A model generated the notes under the pieces. That model did not search any database. It saw only the letters and a program-made list of their open reading frames with translations, and was not told the DNA's origin. The translations under genes were made by a program, and so were the position numbers. A DNA stretch of 64,000 nucleotides from positions 74,028,001 to 74,092,000 of the forward strand of contig OZ076410.1 of assembly GCA_964187785.1 (NCBI GenBank). The letters run 5' to 3'. This DNA is from Amphiscolops sp. MND2022. Lineage: Eukaryota. Shown here one piece after another: positions 49,001 through 61,310 of this stretch; the stretch's first letter is position 1; each line of letters opens with the position of its first letter.

Positions 49001-52000
49001 CGTTTGGTCTTGTCTTGTAAGACAAGATTCGCAGCTACTACAATGCAATTAATACAAGTGTTCTCACAACACTGTGATATAAATCAAGTGATGCTGCATT
49101 AACCCCCCACATTAATTAATCACCTCAAGATTATAATTAGAGTGTTAAATTGCGGGCCTTTAATTGGCACATGATTGCAACCATCAGAGCGTAAACGTCA
49201 TCTCAGGTTCTCCAACAAGTCAATAATTTTCGAGCGATTTTGTCAAGCGCATTTCGTCAATTAGTGCACCGCGTCAAATTGTAGACTCAACACGGCTCTC
49301 AGGTATCATACAAACTTAGCCTGTCACTTTTCAAGAGGGTTTCGATGATCCAAGATGTATTGTCATCAATTTTCGATTAATTTGCTAATTAGTCGTCCTG
49401 TTGTTGCTAGACATTATGAAATACCACAGCCAGGTACAGATGTATTATGTATTCAAACAACCAAGCGCGTTACATATTATTAGTTATTGTATTATACCAA
49501 ACTCTATGCTCAAGCCAAAAACTTGACGTGCTGAAGGAAAATCTGCGTGTTCGTGTCGCTCTCGACTTTCGAAAAAGTGCAGCACATAAATCAGCTGAGC
49601 TGAACGATCATCGAAGATACAAACTTTTTTCTCAATTTCGTTTCTGCTACACTTAGCAGAACCGCAGATGTCCACTCACAAAGATTTACTGCCCTTAATT
49701 CACTCATTTTTCTGTACTTTCTGAAAGAGTGCCGTAAAAACATTAAAAACGACCACAATTTCTTGTAAACTTTTCCAGAAACATAAACTTCGCATCTTCA
49801 AACACATTTCTAAACTTCAATGCATGTTTCAAAGAAATTTGCTTCGAAAAAGTGAAAAAGGACCGAGAAGGTTGATCAAAAATCTATATGCAGCATAGAA
49901 ATATCATTTACCTCTGGGTGTGAAAAGGTCGTCGTTGTATCCTTCGTCATCTTCTGTTATGGAAACATGGAGGTTGTCGTTTTTGTCTATTTTCGAAGCG
50001 CCTTCTCGTTCGCACGACAGCGGATCGTCGATTGGCATGACGTCATCATCGTCGTCTACGTCATCATCATCGTCATCGTCGTATGAGTTACGAGGAGTCC
50101 ATGTCATTTTCCCCTCCTTCTTGAGTCTTCTCCGGGCGTTGGCGAACCAGGTGCTGACTTGGGTGAGGCTCATTTTGGTTATGATTGCCAGCATCACCTT
50201 CTCACCCTTTGTGGGGTAGGGGTTTTTGAGGTGCTCGTGTAGCCACGACTTCAAAGCTGCGGTCGTTTCTCTAGTCGCGTTTTTTCGTCGCCCGAGAGCT
50301 ACCCATTCTGCTGCTGAAGGGTGCAACCCTCTGGAAAAAATGAAGATTTAAAGATTTTTGGCGCCTTCGTTTAGAGACCTGCAAGACTACATAAATACAC
50401 AAATTGAGATCTTGAGCATCAGAGTTTCTTCATAAAACGACAGCTTCTTTTTAGAATTTAATTCAATAGATACCTCAATCAGTATTTTAATCGGTACCTT
50501 TAAAAAGAGCTTTAAAAAAAGTGATGGTTTAATAGCTTAATGAAAAAAGTCTTTAAAGCTGAAGTACAAGAAGAGTATGACACCTACCCGTCAAATATGG
50601 CAGAATGCGCCCCGGGAGGGGGTCCGTAGAGCCCAGCGGACATGATTGGTGGCAGGATGCCCTGATAGGACACAGGTATGACAGGAGGGGGTGCCACACC
50701 TGCTGCGACTGCAGCTGCTGCGATTGATTGGTTGGACCCGATTGGCAGTGGGAGCAAGGCTGCAGGGGCTTGCGGGTGGGGGGCTCCTGGGCCAGAAATG
50801 GGTGAGGCTGTTGACACCGATTGCTGTTGATGGGCACCCGCTGGAATGTGGTGATGCACTGAATGGGCAGGTTGCTGAAAAACACGATTCTCATTTTAGA
50901 TTCAGATTCCACTTCGATCAAACCCAAAAGCAGAAACAACTGCATTCCAAACCAAAGTTCCGTCATTTGCAAAAAAAGTAGAGTACGTTTCGAAAATTTT
51001 TAGAGCTGTAAATATCAACAATGGTGAGAGAAGTATAGTTAGTAGATATGAAGATTATTGTGCTCAAGTGAAGCATGAGATATTTCAAAGCTAGTTGATG
51101 AAACTTAGAAATTTCTTGATTCGTTTGATGCATTATACTTTCTGAAGCAATTGAACTGAACAGATGTATCGCAATCCTAGATTTATAGACACTTTCCTCT
51201 TTCATTTGATTATCTACACTAATACTAGTTGTTCACTTGAGATTCAGTAAATTTAGAAGAGTGTCTTAAGTATAGAATAGAAGTCCTGAATTTCCCGTTT
51301 CCTATCCCAGATGAGTTTCAAATGTTGGTACAATACAAAGACCGGTGAAGACTTTATGTGTTGTCTTTGGCAAGGAATAGCACGGTTAGCCGGCCTATGT
51401 ATAAGCGTTGAGATAAAACCGGAGAACTATAATCATTAAATTGTTCACCTCCGAAGAGAGCCGTGATGAATTTTTCATGGTTGCTACAAACAGGTGTGGC
51501 TAAATAACAATCCATAATTTCGTTCACATCAGAGTGGTCGAAAACTATGAACACAAGCATTGTTTCCGGAAAGACTGTAATACTTATTCGTTATACTCTT
51601 TCAATTGAAGTGCTTCTTTTAAAATGTGAAATGCAAAATTTATTTTCATTTCCTCATAATTCATGTAGGCCAATAAAACGTCCATTGGTACAGTTTTAAT
51701 ATCAATAAAGCATGATTTTCTTTTTAGCCAGGTCGATACAAAACTCTACAGAACCTTTTAATGTAGTTGAAATTAGTATAGATTTTTCAACGCCACTTTG
51801 GCAATATGAAAACCACGCACCGAGATTGGGAAATTGACCACGCTACCTTTTTACGCCAATAAAAACCACAAGTCTTGATAATTTGCAAGAAAAAAATCGT
51901 TTTTACCGAAACGAGGAAACTCGTTTTTCACATATCGCTTTGACACTAAAAATTTGTGAAACATTTAATAACAAGCATTTATTGACAAGAAAGCCAGCTC

Positions 52001-55000
52001 ACAGAAAATGTTTCGGAACTTTTTCTTTTTGTAATTAACCATTGTAGCCTTGTCGAATATCATTTGCATCCAATCTTAAGTTCACGCCACATTAAAAAAT
52101 TACTTTTGGATGTGACATTGGCGTTGCTTCGAGCGCTATACACCTTTGCGGAAGCTTCTTGAGATGTTTTTGGAATGGTGCATCTAAATTTGCATGAGTT
52201 TAGAATATGCCAAAATTGGCAGCGGCAGCAAAAATCGGCATGTAAATTCTCGGGAACTGTGGCAATCACTTTTTCGCCTTCGCCGCTATGCAAACCATTT
52301 TGCTTTGTTTTTAGTCCAGTATCAATACAAAATTGATGATGTTTTTGTTGTTTTTCAAGCTGACACAGATTAACAGAATAATTGTCCCGTGTGTTTATTG
52401 TTTCGTTTGGGGAAGCATAAAAATGTTTGAAGTGCTCTCAAAAACAACATTTTTCGTTTTCAAAAATATGTCAATCAAAGCATGTGTCAATTTAACATAG
52501 ATCAATGGTGCTTTTGCGTTTATTGTTGAGACTCCAGCCCAACTAGTTGTCAGTTTTGTGGTGTGGATACTTCTAATCAATAGCGTGGCCAGCAGCCCTT
52601 TTGGCCAAATTCTACTTTGTTGTACACAACACACCAGTGGCACGTGTTATATGCACTTTGTGATAATGAAAGGAGTCGGTCGAACAATTCACGTCATAAT
52701 CAAGTGCCAACATTCGCACATTTGCTACCCTCGCCTCAAACTCATCTACAGAAAAAAAAACTAAAATTTCATTTCTGCCGAAGATCTCCCGTAGAGACCT
52801 ATTTAAAACTTCACTTTTAAATCCTGCCCATTTCCTCAATCCTAACAAACAAACCGATCGCGCCGAAAACGCCGCATATTGTATTTCACATCTAACAAAC
52901 AAATAAACACTATACTCCATATGACACTCCGTCATTCGCATCTTGAAAGCACGTGTCGGTTTTAGCTGGTGTGAAGATTTTCAGTTGGTATGAAAATCAA
53001 TGAACGTCGTGCGACAAATCGTCTTGTGTTCACACATTTGCGTCATCGTTGGGCTTTTTGTTTCATTTCTAATTTATTTCAGCTACTTGATCAATGGAAC
53101 TGATGTTGTTCACGCTCTTTCGCCCGTGTTTCACACTTGAGTTTTATTGAGCAATATTGATCAACAATTATCAACAAGCGCACTCCCTAACTTCAAGGGT
53201 ATTCACATCTGATGTATGAAACTTCATTTCAAAAAAGTTGTTAGGTCGGCTTAAAAATTTCGCCGCTTCAGAAAAGCCGGCAAGATGCGCGTGGCTGGCA
53301 AAAATCAAAAAGAATGTAGCCAACAAAAGTGCGACTGAATAATTTGTTTTTTGATTTAACAAGGATAAGAAAATTAACTGCGTTCAAGCGTGAATCTTTT
53401 CTATGAACATGTTGGCCATTTTTGTAGGATGTGAATAGCTGAATAATTAAGTTTTCAAGCGGCGGTGGCGGTCCCCGTTCTACTGATAAAACACATATAC
53501 TTTTAAAAAACTTTTATGAATAACTTAGTACGGCAGTTGTTTTTGCAAGCCGGCCACCAGTTCTGGCTAAAGGCGTTGGCAGTTGCGGTATCGGCTTTTC
53601 TGTAACCTCCAAGTGAGCCAATGTTATTTGCAGCCAACATTTTTAGCCAATGCTAAGGGACTGGTTGTATGAGTACGTATAGCGGCGGTTTTCAAGTATG
53701 TAGGAAGAAATGATTTTGTTGAAGAGTTTTTCAGAAAGCTGATTAACATCCCTTTTTGCCATAAATTTTGTGATAGTTCGGGATAGTGCTATTGACAGGA
53801 GATCACTTAGTTATTGCGGACGAACAACTGTTATAGTCATCAAGTTTAATTGAACGTCAAACGCAATCCTTCATTTTTTCCTAATTTTCCAAGTCCCATC
53901 TTAGATCTTTCTATTCAGCGCGGAGCAACAAAATTGGAAAAAAATCGAAGGGAACTCTTCTACTTTTGTGTAACAACGTATTGTGAACCATTCATGTCCA
54001 GCTTACCGAGGAAAGTTTATTTTGTCTGTGAAGTGATAAGAGCGAAATTGTTGTCAATGCGATTGAACGAACAGTCACGATATCAAGACAAATTGTGAAC
54101 TGATCATACCCTGATCATAATGCACATGCCGATGTTCAAACACTACATCCACAAACATAACATGTGTTATAGTAGATTATAAGTAGGACTTTCCTAGTTT
54201 TTACGTGAACAAAAAATGTATGAACAAACAGCTACAAAAGTTGGACAGTTATGAACAAAGGAGAGAAAAAGTGGACATGTTATGAACAAAATGATTGCTG
54301 GAATGAAATCATTGATCTAACACGTGTCTCAGTAATTTTTTGAAAACAAAACGGCCTCTGTTCTAATAGTCAATTTCACAAGAGGATTATAACATAAACT
54401 CGAGTGGAGCTCGTAGATGGCTCCTTAAATTCAAGTTGTCTTCAAAATTGCTGCAAGTTAAGCAAAAGTGTGAAAGCATTGAGCCTAAGTCACACATGGG
54501 TGTCGGCACTCCATGTTACCATGAAAAGTGTGAAATAATGAAACATCTTATCTTCTTATATATTGCATTTTCAATTGCTTTGCTGCTTATATTGGCTGAG
54601 TTTGAAATTTTTTGTGAGGATAGAAATGATGAGAATTATCTCTGCATCTGGGACTAAAAACACGTCTTTTGATGTTCGTAAGCATGACGAAACTTCATTT
54701 CAAATGCACAAGTGCGCATCTAACTACAAAAATGAATTGTGCCAATGGTAGTACACCCAAATCATGGATGCCACCCTACGTCACAATGTGACGTAACAAT
54801 CACCCAAGTGTGAAATGTTTCTTCTCAAGTTTCATTTTAGAAGATAAAGCTGTTCCTTGCAGGCTCTGCGCCAGTTGATACACTGTTCCCGACTGAAGGT
54901 GTAAGATCTTCACACTAACATTACAGCCGAAAGATCACAGAAAATCTTTCTCGAGGTCATGCGAAAAACCATGAAAAAAGAGACCTCGCTTTGGCTATAT

Positions 55001-56822
55001 CAACTCTCTCCAAAAGTTATGCTTCAGCCAACGCAACCTGTTCTAGCAATCCTGTGGTATACATTGAAACAAAAAAAGGAAGAATTGATCCAAGTTTATT
55101 TTCAAAAATTAAGCATTTTTGTTGAAATTTAGCGTTGCTTAAACAAATAGAGAAATTCAATAGATCAAACAAATGCGAAATCGACAGATTTTCAAAAGTT
55201 GTTTTCTCAGGTGGAGAAAGCTGTTGAAGTGATATGAAATTCAGCTGCCTCGTTTTTTTTAAAAAAAAATGACCAAATTGCGAGGAAAGATAAAACTTGA
55301 GATAAATTGCGCAATACAACTTTGACAAAAGTTTGAAACAGTAGGTAAATTTTATAAGGATATTGTTGAACAACTTCGCTCATAAATTATCAATTTAAAA
55401 AACGGTAAGATGCAAACTTTTTTGGCAATGATTTTCAGTACAATTAAATTTAAGCAGTACAATCTAATTTAATTGTGTTACGGATGGCTTTTCACTGTAA
55501 TTTGCGTATGGGGGAGTCCGTTTGTCCAAAAATTACTTTTCAGTATCATTTTTACCAAGAAATTGAATGACCCGTTCTTCACATTTTTAGAATTTTTTGT
55601 TTCTAGACGTTCATCAATGAGTTGTGATTACTCCGGTGTCTCTTTAGCAAAAAGAAAAGGAGCGACGTGCCGCTGATGTTTTTGAGGAAGACCGGCCAGC
55701 AGCAGACGACTTAGGAACTGGCTGCAGCTCATGAGCGAAAAAAAAATATAAATGAAGAAAAATATCCATTGTCTGCCTTAAATGGGCAACGATAAAACTA
55801 TAAACGAAGAACAAATCAGGGAATTGAAAAAAGGAACCGCCAAAAACTAAACACACATTTAGTTTTAGTAATTTATTTTAATTTTTTGACATCGATGAGA
55901 TCGAGTGTTGATAAATATAGCTTAAGCTATATTTATCAACACTCGATCTCATCGATGTCAAAAAATTAAAATAAATTACTAAAACTAAATGTGTGTTTAG
56001 TTTTTGGCGGTTCCTTTTTTATTATTATTAAAAATTTATTATTATCTTCCTTTTATTATTTATAAAAAGTTCCTTTTATTATTATTAATAATTATTAGCT
56101 TCATATTAGAAAGACTAGTTATGACGAAGACAGTTTTTATTTTTAAATAACCGGTTTTAGTTTCATAAATTTAATTTTTTTCACATGGTGGGAAAAATCA
56201 GAGATAAAGTGGACACTTAAAACTCATAAATTGAACTGATTGTTTGAGTTTTTGGAATGTAAGTTCATTTTGAACTAAAAACGAATGCTAATGAAGAGAA
56301 ACTAACCTTTTGCAAGTAGCACGAAGCGCAAAAACAAGTTCCTCCCCTTAGGGCAGCTGCGTGATGGGCAGCGATGTTGCTGGCTGAAAGTCCCGCCAAC
56401 ACCTCGGCTTGAGAACTGGCACCTCCGGCTGCACTTGCGGCTGCCACTGGACCCAAAGTCTGGTGCGCCTTCAAAAGCTGGGAAGCAAGAGAAGCTCTGG
56501 CAGCAGCTGCTGCGATGGCTGCGTTGTTAATCTGACCCTGCGTTTGACCGGGAAGACAAGCCATGTTCTGTAGTTGACCTGGGGTCACGTGGGAAAACGA
56601 AATAGTTGATTGCTTGGTCATTGCGAGTTGTGATGAGATGGGCACTCCTTCGGAAAGGCCTCCGTACAGGTGACTGGCGACAATTTTAGCAGGGTTTTGC
56701 TGTTGAAACTTGGCGGCGGCGGCGGCAGTTTGCACGTTGTTCGCTGACAGGGCCGCTTGAAGAGCTGCAAATTCGTGAACGTTGGGTCGACTCACTGTCT
56801 TCAGAAGCAGATTGTTTTCAGA
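45515..56822 (-). CDS. Irx: Iroquois-class TALE homeobox transcription factor; 4 coding exons identified (about 592 aa), first exon missing
   Basis: Exons 56307-56822 (phase 0/0), 50588-50874 (0/2), 49912-50330 (2/1) and 45515-46071 (1/stop) all have GT/AG borders and join into one open frame. Homeodomain [59 protein letters not shown] has the TALE PYP insertion and Ala50. Acidic patch follows; IRO-box-like [12 protein letters not shown] in the last exon. Confidence 0.95.
47850..47909. repeat. Perfect 28-bp tandem duplication in an Irx intron
   Basis: CTTGGTATTAAATGTGGAGAAAGTATGG twice, plus CTTG. Confidence 0.95.
49912..50330 (-). CDS. Irx: Irx homeodomain exon
   Basis: Acceptor TTTTTTCCAG, donor AG/GTAAAT; complete Iroquois homeodomain plus poly-Asp tract. 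Confidence 0.97.
50588..50874 (-). CDS. Irx: Irx internal exon (His/Pro/Ala-rich)
   Basis: Acceptor TTTTTCAG, donor [21 protein letters not shown]...AIFDG; phase 2 matches the homeodomain exon. Confidence 0.88.
55827..56020. repeat. Perfect 194-bp palindrome (97-bp arms, no spacer) in an Irx intron
   Basis: Centre TAGCTT|AAGCTA at 55923/55924. Arms checked base by base with no mismatch. Confidence 0.97.
56307..56822 (-). CDS. Irx: Irx N-terminal-region exon (Ala/Gln-rich)
   Basis: Acceptor TTGCATTTTAG, donor AAG/GTTAGT. 516 bp, 172 open codons, GC-rich relative to its flanks; phase 0 matches the next exon. Confidence 0.75.
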
Positions 56823-58382
56823 CTAAAATGCAAAAAATACAAGGTTTAAATTTATTAATTTCAAAGGAAACAATGTAAATGATACTAATAAAGTGTTGAT
56901 CTATAATTCATGCCATGAAATAAAAGTTGAAAACAACCCTTGCGGAAATTGTAAATCCTTCCGTTAGCTTCTAGGGCCACTTCCGGAAATTCGACAGCGG
57001 CCGTTTGGTCCCTCGTTTTAAAAAATCAATCTTTTCCGGAGGCGCAATCTCGAAAGAGCCGCACAAAACGAGTCAAACAAGCAAAAAACAACTTGACCAA
57101 ATGATATTTCCTGTCGAAAATTATACCTTAAACAATAGTACTTACATCAAATACATATGAATACATTACTTGTTGACATTTTTGTCCAGATTTTGACTTT
57201 TGTAATAACCTAAATTAAAGTTTTGTATAATAAAAGATGAATTTAGCAATTTTGAACGTACCTTATTAATTGGAGAAGTTGCCATGAGCAAAAATTTTAA
57301 AAAATTATATGATTGAAATTAAATGAGAAACGATTATATCTAGTCTGGTATTCGCCAATGAAATTGCAAATAGCGAGCGTCGCATTAGCCGGCGCCAGCT
57401 TGTCTAGCTTTTAATGATTGGTCGCCTAATTTCGCTGTAGAATTACTTGTGAACAAAATACTGCCACTCCGCCACGCTTGCTTCTGTTTTAATTCACCAT
57501 ACACAACATCCATATTCTCATCTCTTAATCTAGCACAATTTTGTTCTCAATTCTCCTATTTTTTTTTCCTTATAAACACAAAAATCCAATACAAATTTAA
57601 GGAGAATTCAACTCAGAACGATTATGATATGTTCATTTCATAGATGACATAATAAAATTATGACTGAAAATTCAAGAAAAATCTAAACTTGACGCTGCAT
57701 TGACGCCGACAAATTGAGGTTTTTTCTTTATTGGCTCAGGAATGATAAACCTTGCAGTATCTGCAAAAATACACATCTGCTTCCAAGATGTTCAAATTCA
57801 AAATGATCAGATCATGCCAAGTAATTATTTGATAACGAATAAAAAATGTCGAATGAATTATTTTAAAGTTTTGGCAACAATAAATGATCGAATTTTATTT
57901 GTTGTTGTTGCCTTTAGGCAAGTATCGTAACTTACAAGGTTTCTGTCAGGCAAAGTCATAGATACTTTTGTAATAAATATTAAAACTTTTTTCTAATGAC
58001 AATCTTGCAACAAAACCGGTCACCAAGTACTTCAAAATGAATTTTTTAATCACCCAAATGTTGTTGCCAGCATTCAGTTCATTTAACTCTTATTTTTATA
58101 ACTTTTTAGTAGTCATATAACGAGATTATTAATTTTTCCTAAAAATAGAAAACACTCGAACAGCTTCACATTAATATCGTTAACTTCTTAATTACATTGC
58201 AGTTCAAGATGCTATTGATGTCATCCTCTTTTAAAATTGTTTTTTCTTAAAAAAACTTTACATAACCTGAAAAGTTTTTTTTGATCTTCAGCTTACTTTC
58301 GAGGACGGCCATATTGAATATCAGTTTTTTTCAGATCTTTCAACGGAAAGTTTTTGAGCCACGCAACGTTCTGCGTGACTAC

Positions 58383-58405
58383 CCTTTCGTTCAATGCCAT
58401 TTGAA
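58383..58405 (-). CDS. Candidate 23-nt Irx microexon (VQMALNER), speculative
   Basis: Acceptor TTGTCTTTCAG; weak donor AGG/GTAGTC; phase 1-to-0 fits between 60091-60127 and 56307-56822. Confidence 0.2.
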
Positions 58406-60090
58406 CTGAAAGACAACTAGGCTCGAAAGTTGCACTTCGATTTTTCATCTCATCGGTTCAGGAAATTCAAAAACTATATTTTGGATACAAACCAGTTCCA
58501 TTGACAGATATAAGTAAGTTGAGTTCAAAGCGAAACATCGAAGCTTGTCTACAAGAAATTAGGACTTGTCATTTTGTGCGACATTCAAGAGAGCCTGGAA
58601 AACAATTTTGAATGACATAAGACTCCTGCGAGAAAAATAAAAAACTTCGCCGTACGGGTTTAACCCCGGGCATTTATGCTGCATTTATTCAAAGCATGCA
58701 TGCGCCGATGTGAGACAATGGTTGCATAACAAAGGTTAAGAAACAATTATTTGTTGAGTATCTCATAATGCAATGATTCATCGCGGCGTGTACCGTGAAA
58801 GGGTCAATGATCTCAACTGGGTTAAATTTAGACTCTCAGTCCACCTGTTAACAATTGTCGGGCATTCTCTTGATGCCACGTTTGAAACGTGATATCAAAA
58901 GTGTTGAAATGATTACCATCGAACAATCTTTAGTTTCGAAATGGTTGAACCAAAGCGCTCATGAGCAGGATGTTGTCACAGTGAAAGATCTCAGCGGGTA
59001 CCCTGAATAGAGCCGATTTATTCCCAAATTACATTTGAAATGCTCAGGATAGAAAGGACATGTTTTGATGAATATAGGTTTTTCTGTATATATTGAAGTT
59101 GTATTATTTCAAGATAAAGCTATAGGTTTTCAAGACTCAGACCCTTTTCACCCATTTAACCAGCCTTTCTTGAAAGATTCTACGGTCAAGTAGTGACATA
59201 TCACTCCGCATCGCTCCTCATAATTAAAGGGTTCGAACTAAAATTCAAAATATTGACTACATAAAAAATTCAACAATTTTCAAATCCTAAGTAATGAAAC
59301 TCCAGCATTCAAATAACTCGTTTTTGTACGTTTTCAACATTTCAAATCGTTTTAAATTTTTCAATCTTTCGAAGACTTCAATACCGATCGCCAAAAATCT
59401 ACAGTATGATTGAATGTTTGATAACCGACAAAAAATCCGGAAGTATCCGTATAATATAATTCCACGCAGTTTATGAATTACTCTCGTTTATGAATTACAA
59501 TTATTCCTTAGTAGACTTCTTTTTTAAACGGGAAAGCAGTTTTCATAACACAACTTTTATCAAGGTATTCCAAACCACGCTTAACTGGAAAATCAGAGGT
59601 GATCGAATGCCCTACAACGAAGCAAAATATGGAATGCCAAATTTTTAAGGTAATGTATTGTATTGGTAACGAACTCAGTAATATACAATTTTTCACCACT
59701 AAAAGGTGTCAATGGAGAAATTCGTGTTCTCAATTTTCAGTCGGCGCTTCACTTTTCAAAAGTTACGGAACGCAAAAAAGCATATAGGAAAACGAAAAGT
59801 AGTTTTCCTTATCGACAATGTATTGGACTATGTGGGGTGAGTTGTTCTTTGTGTCAATATGGTTTTGTTCGAGCCACCGGCAAAAAAGTAAGTGGAAAAA
59901 AAAGAGAAAATTTGCAAAAAGTCATATCTCAAAAAAGTTTTTTCTCAATAACTGAGCAACTGTTCGCTAGATTACTGTCCCACTCAAGTAACACAGTAGA
60001 CCATCATTGAAAATGAATATAGATGTTTTTTCAATGAAGCTTCAGTTCGGCCGAAGCCGGGCCATCGCTGCCGGGGTGGCACTCTCTTAC

Positions 60091-60127
60091 CAACAAGAGT
60101 TGGTGGAGTGCTGTTTGAATCGTCCAT
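60091..60127 (-). CDS. Candidate Irx start exon (MDDSNSTPPTLV, phase 1), speculative
   Basis: ATG followed by 37 nt and a strong donor G/GTAAGA. Joins the gene in frame only via an extra phase 1-to-0 exon such as 58383-58405. Confidence 0.3.
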
Positions 60128-60558
60128 TCTTTCAATATGTTGTGGATAATGGTTCTCGGCTAAGTGCAAGTTAGCCTGACTGCGCCCTGTTGTAATCTCT
60201 TTGGTCAGGAAAGTTATTCAACATAAAACTGTATTTTGTCTATCAATCTTTTCTTACTGAATAACATCAGGTTATTGCATATAGACAACAATAGCAGGTA
60301 CTAGGACATACAGACAATCTAATTAATATACTATAAATAGCATCAGGCTGTGTCTGTCTATAACTTGTCCTCTAGTTCTTTTGCTTCTACTTCAATTTTT
60401 TTCTATTAGTTCGAGTTCCACGTTTACAGTGTTTCATCTTGATCAGTCAGCTCTGAAAAATAGTCGTGTTACAAGGAAATAACCTGACCGATTTTCAAAT
60501 GTGTACTAACACCTTCAGTGGTATGAGCGTCAAACAAACACATCTATTTTTTGGATTA

Positions 60559-60696
60559 TCAGAAATTTCGTCGTCAGAAATTTCGTCGTCGGAAATTTCG
60601 TCGTCAGAAATTTCGTCGTCAGAAATTTCGTCGTCGGAAAGTTCGTCGTCAGAAATTTCGTCGTCAGAAATTTCGTCGTCAGAAATTTCATCGTCG
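60559..60696 (+). repeat. 15-bp tandem array (TCAGAAATTTCGTCG)n, about 9 copies
   Basis: Directly visible. The inverse motif array lies at 61210-61310, suggesting subterminal repeats of a non-autonomous DNA transposon spanning about 60559-61310. Confidence 0.9.
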
Positions 60697-61209
60697 GTGA
60701 TTACGTTCAATAAACCGTCGCATTTTCTTTAATCTTTTAGGAATCGTTTTATTATTGAGTCTTAATATTTATCGAGTCTTGTTATTTATCCTAATAATTG
60801 TTATCATTGTTAATATTGTTATCATTGACTACTTTTAGTTATGGTTTTGAGAGAAAATAGTTTTGGGTCCCAGATACACCTTGTTTTTTATCCCCCCAAC
60901 ACACGAAGTTGTTTCGACATTTAAAGCAAAAATTACCAGGATTTTTTAAATAATTTTTTGATAAAAAAGCAAAAATTCACCCCTGGAACAAGCCTAAATT
61001 GTACTGTAAAGCCCCGGTAAGTTCCACCGGTAGAACTGAAAATATACCAATGCTCAATAAGCGCCTTGATGAGTTGATTGAATGCAATTAACTTTTTGAC
61101 TCAATTTTGGTGTCAACCTATAAGTTGTTCTTAAGATCTCATTTTAATAATTAAATAATTGAATAAATCTAATGATGTCTTTTCGTTAACGCTGTTAATT
61201 CTAAATGTT

Positions 61210-61310
61210 ACGACGAAATTTCCGACGACGAAATTTCTGTATTTGCTAATACGACGAAATTTCGTGCGACGAAATTTCTGATGACGAAATTTCTGGCGAC
61301 GAAACTTCCG
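61210..61310 (-). repeat. Inverse-orientation array of the same CGACGAAATTTC motif
   Basis: Repeated (C/T)GACGAAATTTC units with variable spacing; duplicated at 63548-63636. Confidence 0.85.

Noticed and set aside
50553-50981. Alternative-frame and antisense ORFs over the Irx exon (50553-50972, 50691-50981)
   Set aside because: Shadow ORFs of a GC-rich exon; only the 50588-50874 frame splices into the homeodomain.
54318-54330. ACACGTGT as an Iroquois autoregulatory site (ACAnnTGT)
   Set aside because: Six specified bases are expected by chance every few kb; no cluster seen.
58645-58675. tRNA-like 3' half on the minus strand (GGTTAAACCC...GGCGA then a T-run)
   Set aside because: No A-box, D-arm or anticodon arm upstream; the B-box is imperfect.
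60559-60696. CRISPR-like array, and the SSEIS/DDEIS repeat ORFs at 60466-60732 and 60495-60710
   Set aside because: Contiguous 15-bp tandem units with no unique spacers and no cas genes, in eukaryotic DNA. The ORFs are by-products of a repeat length divisible by 3.
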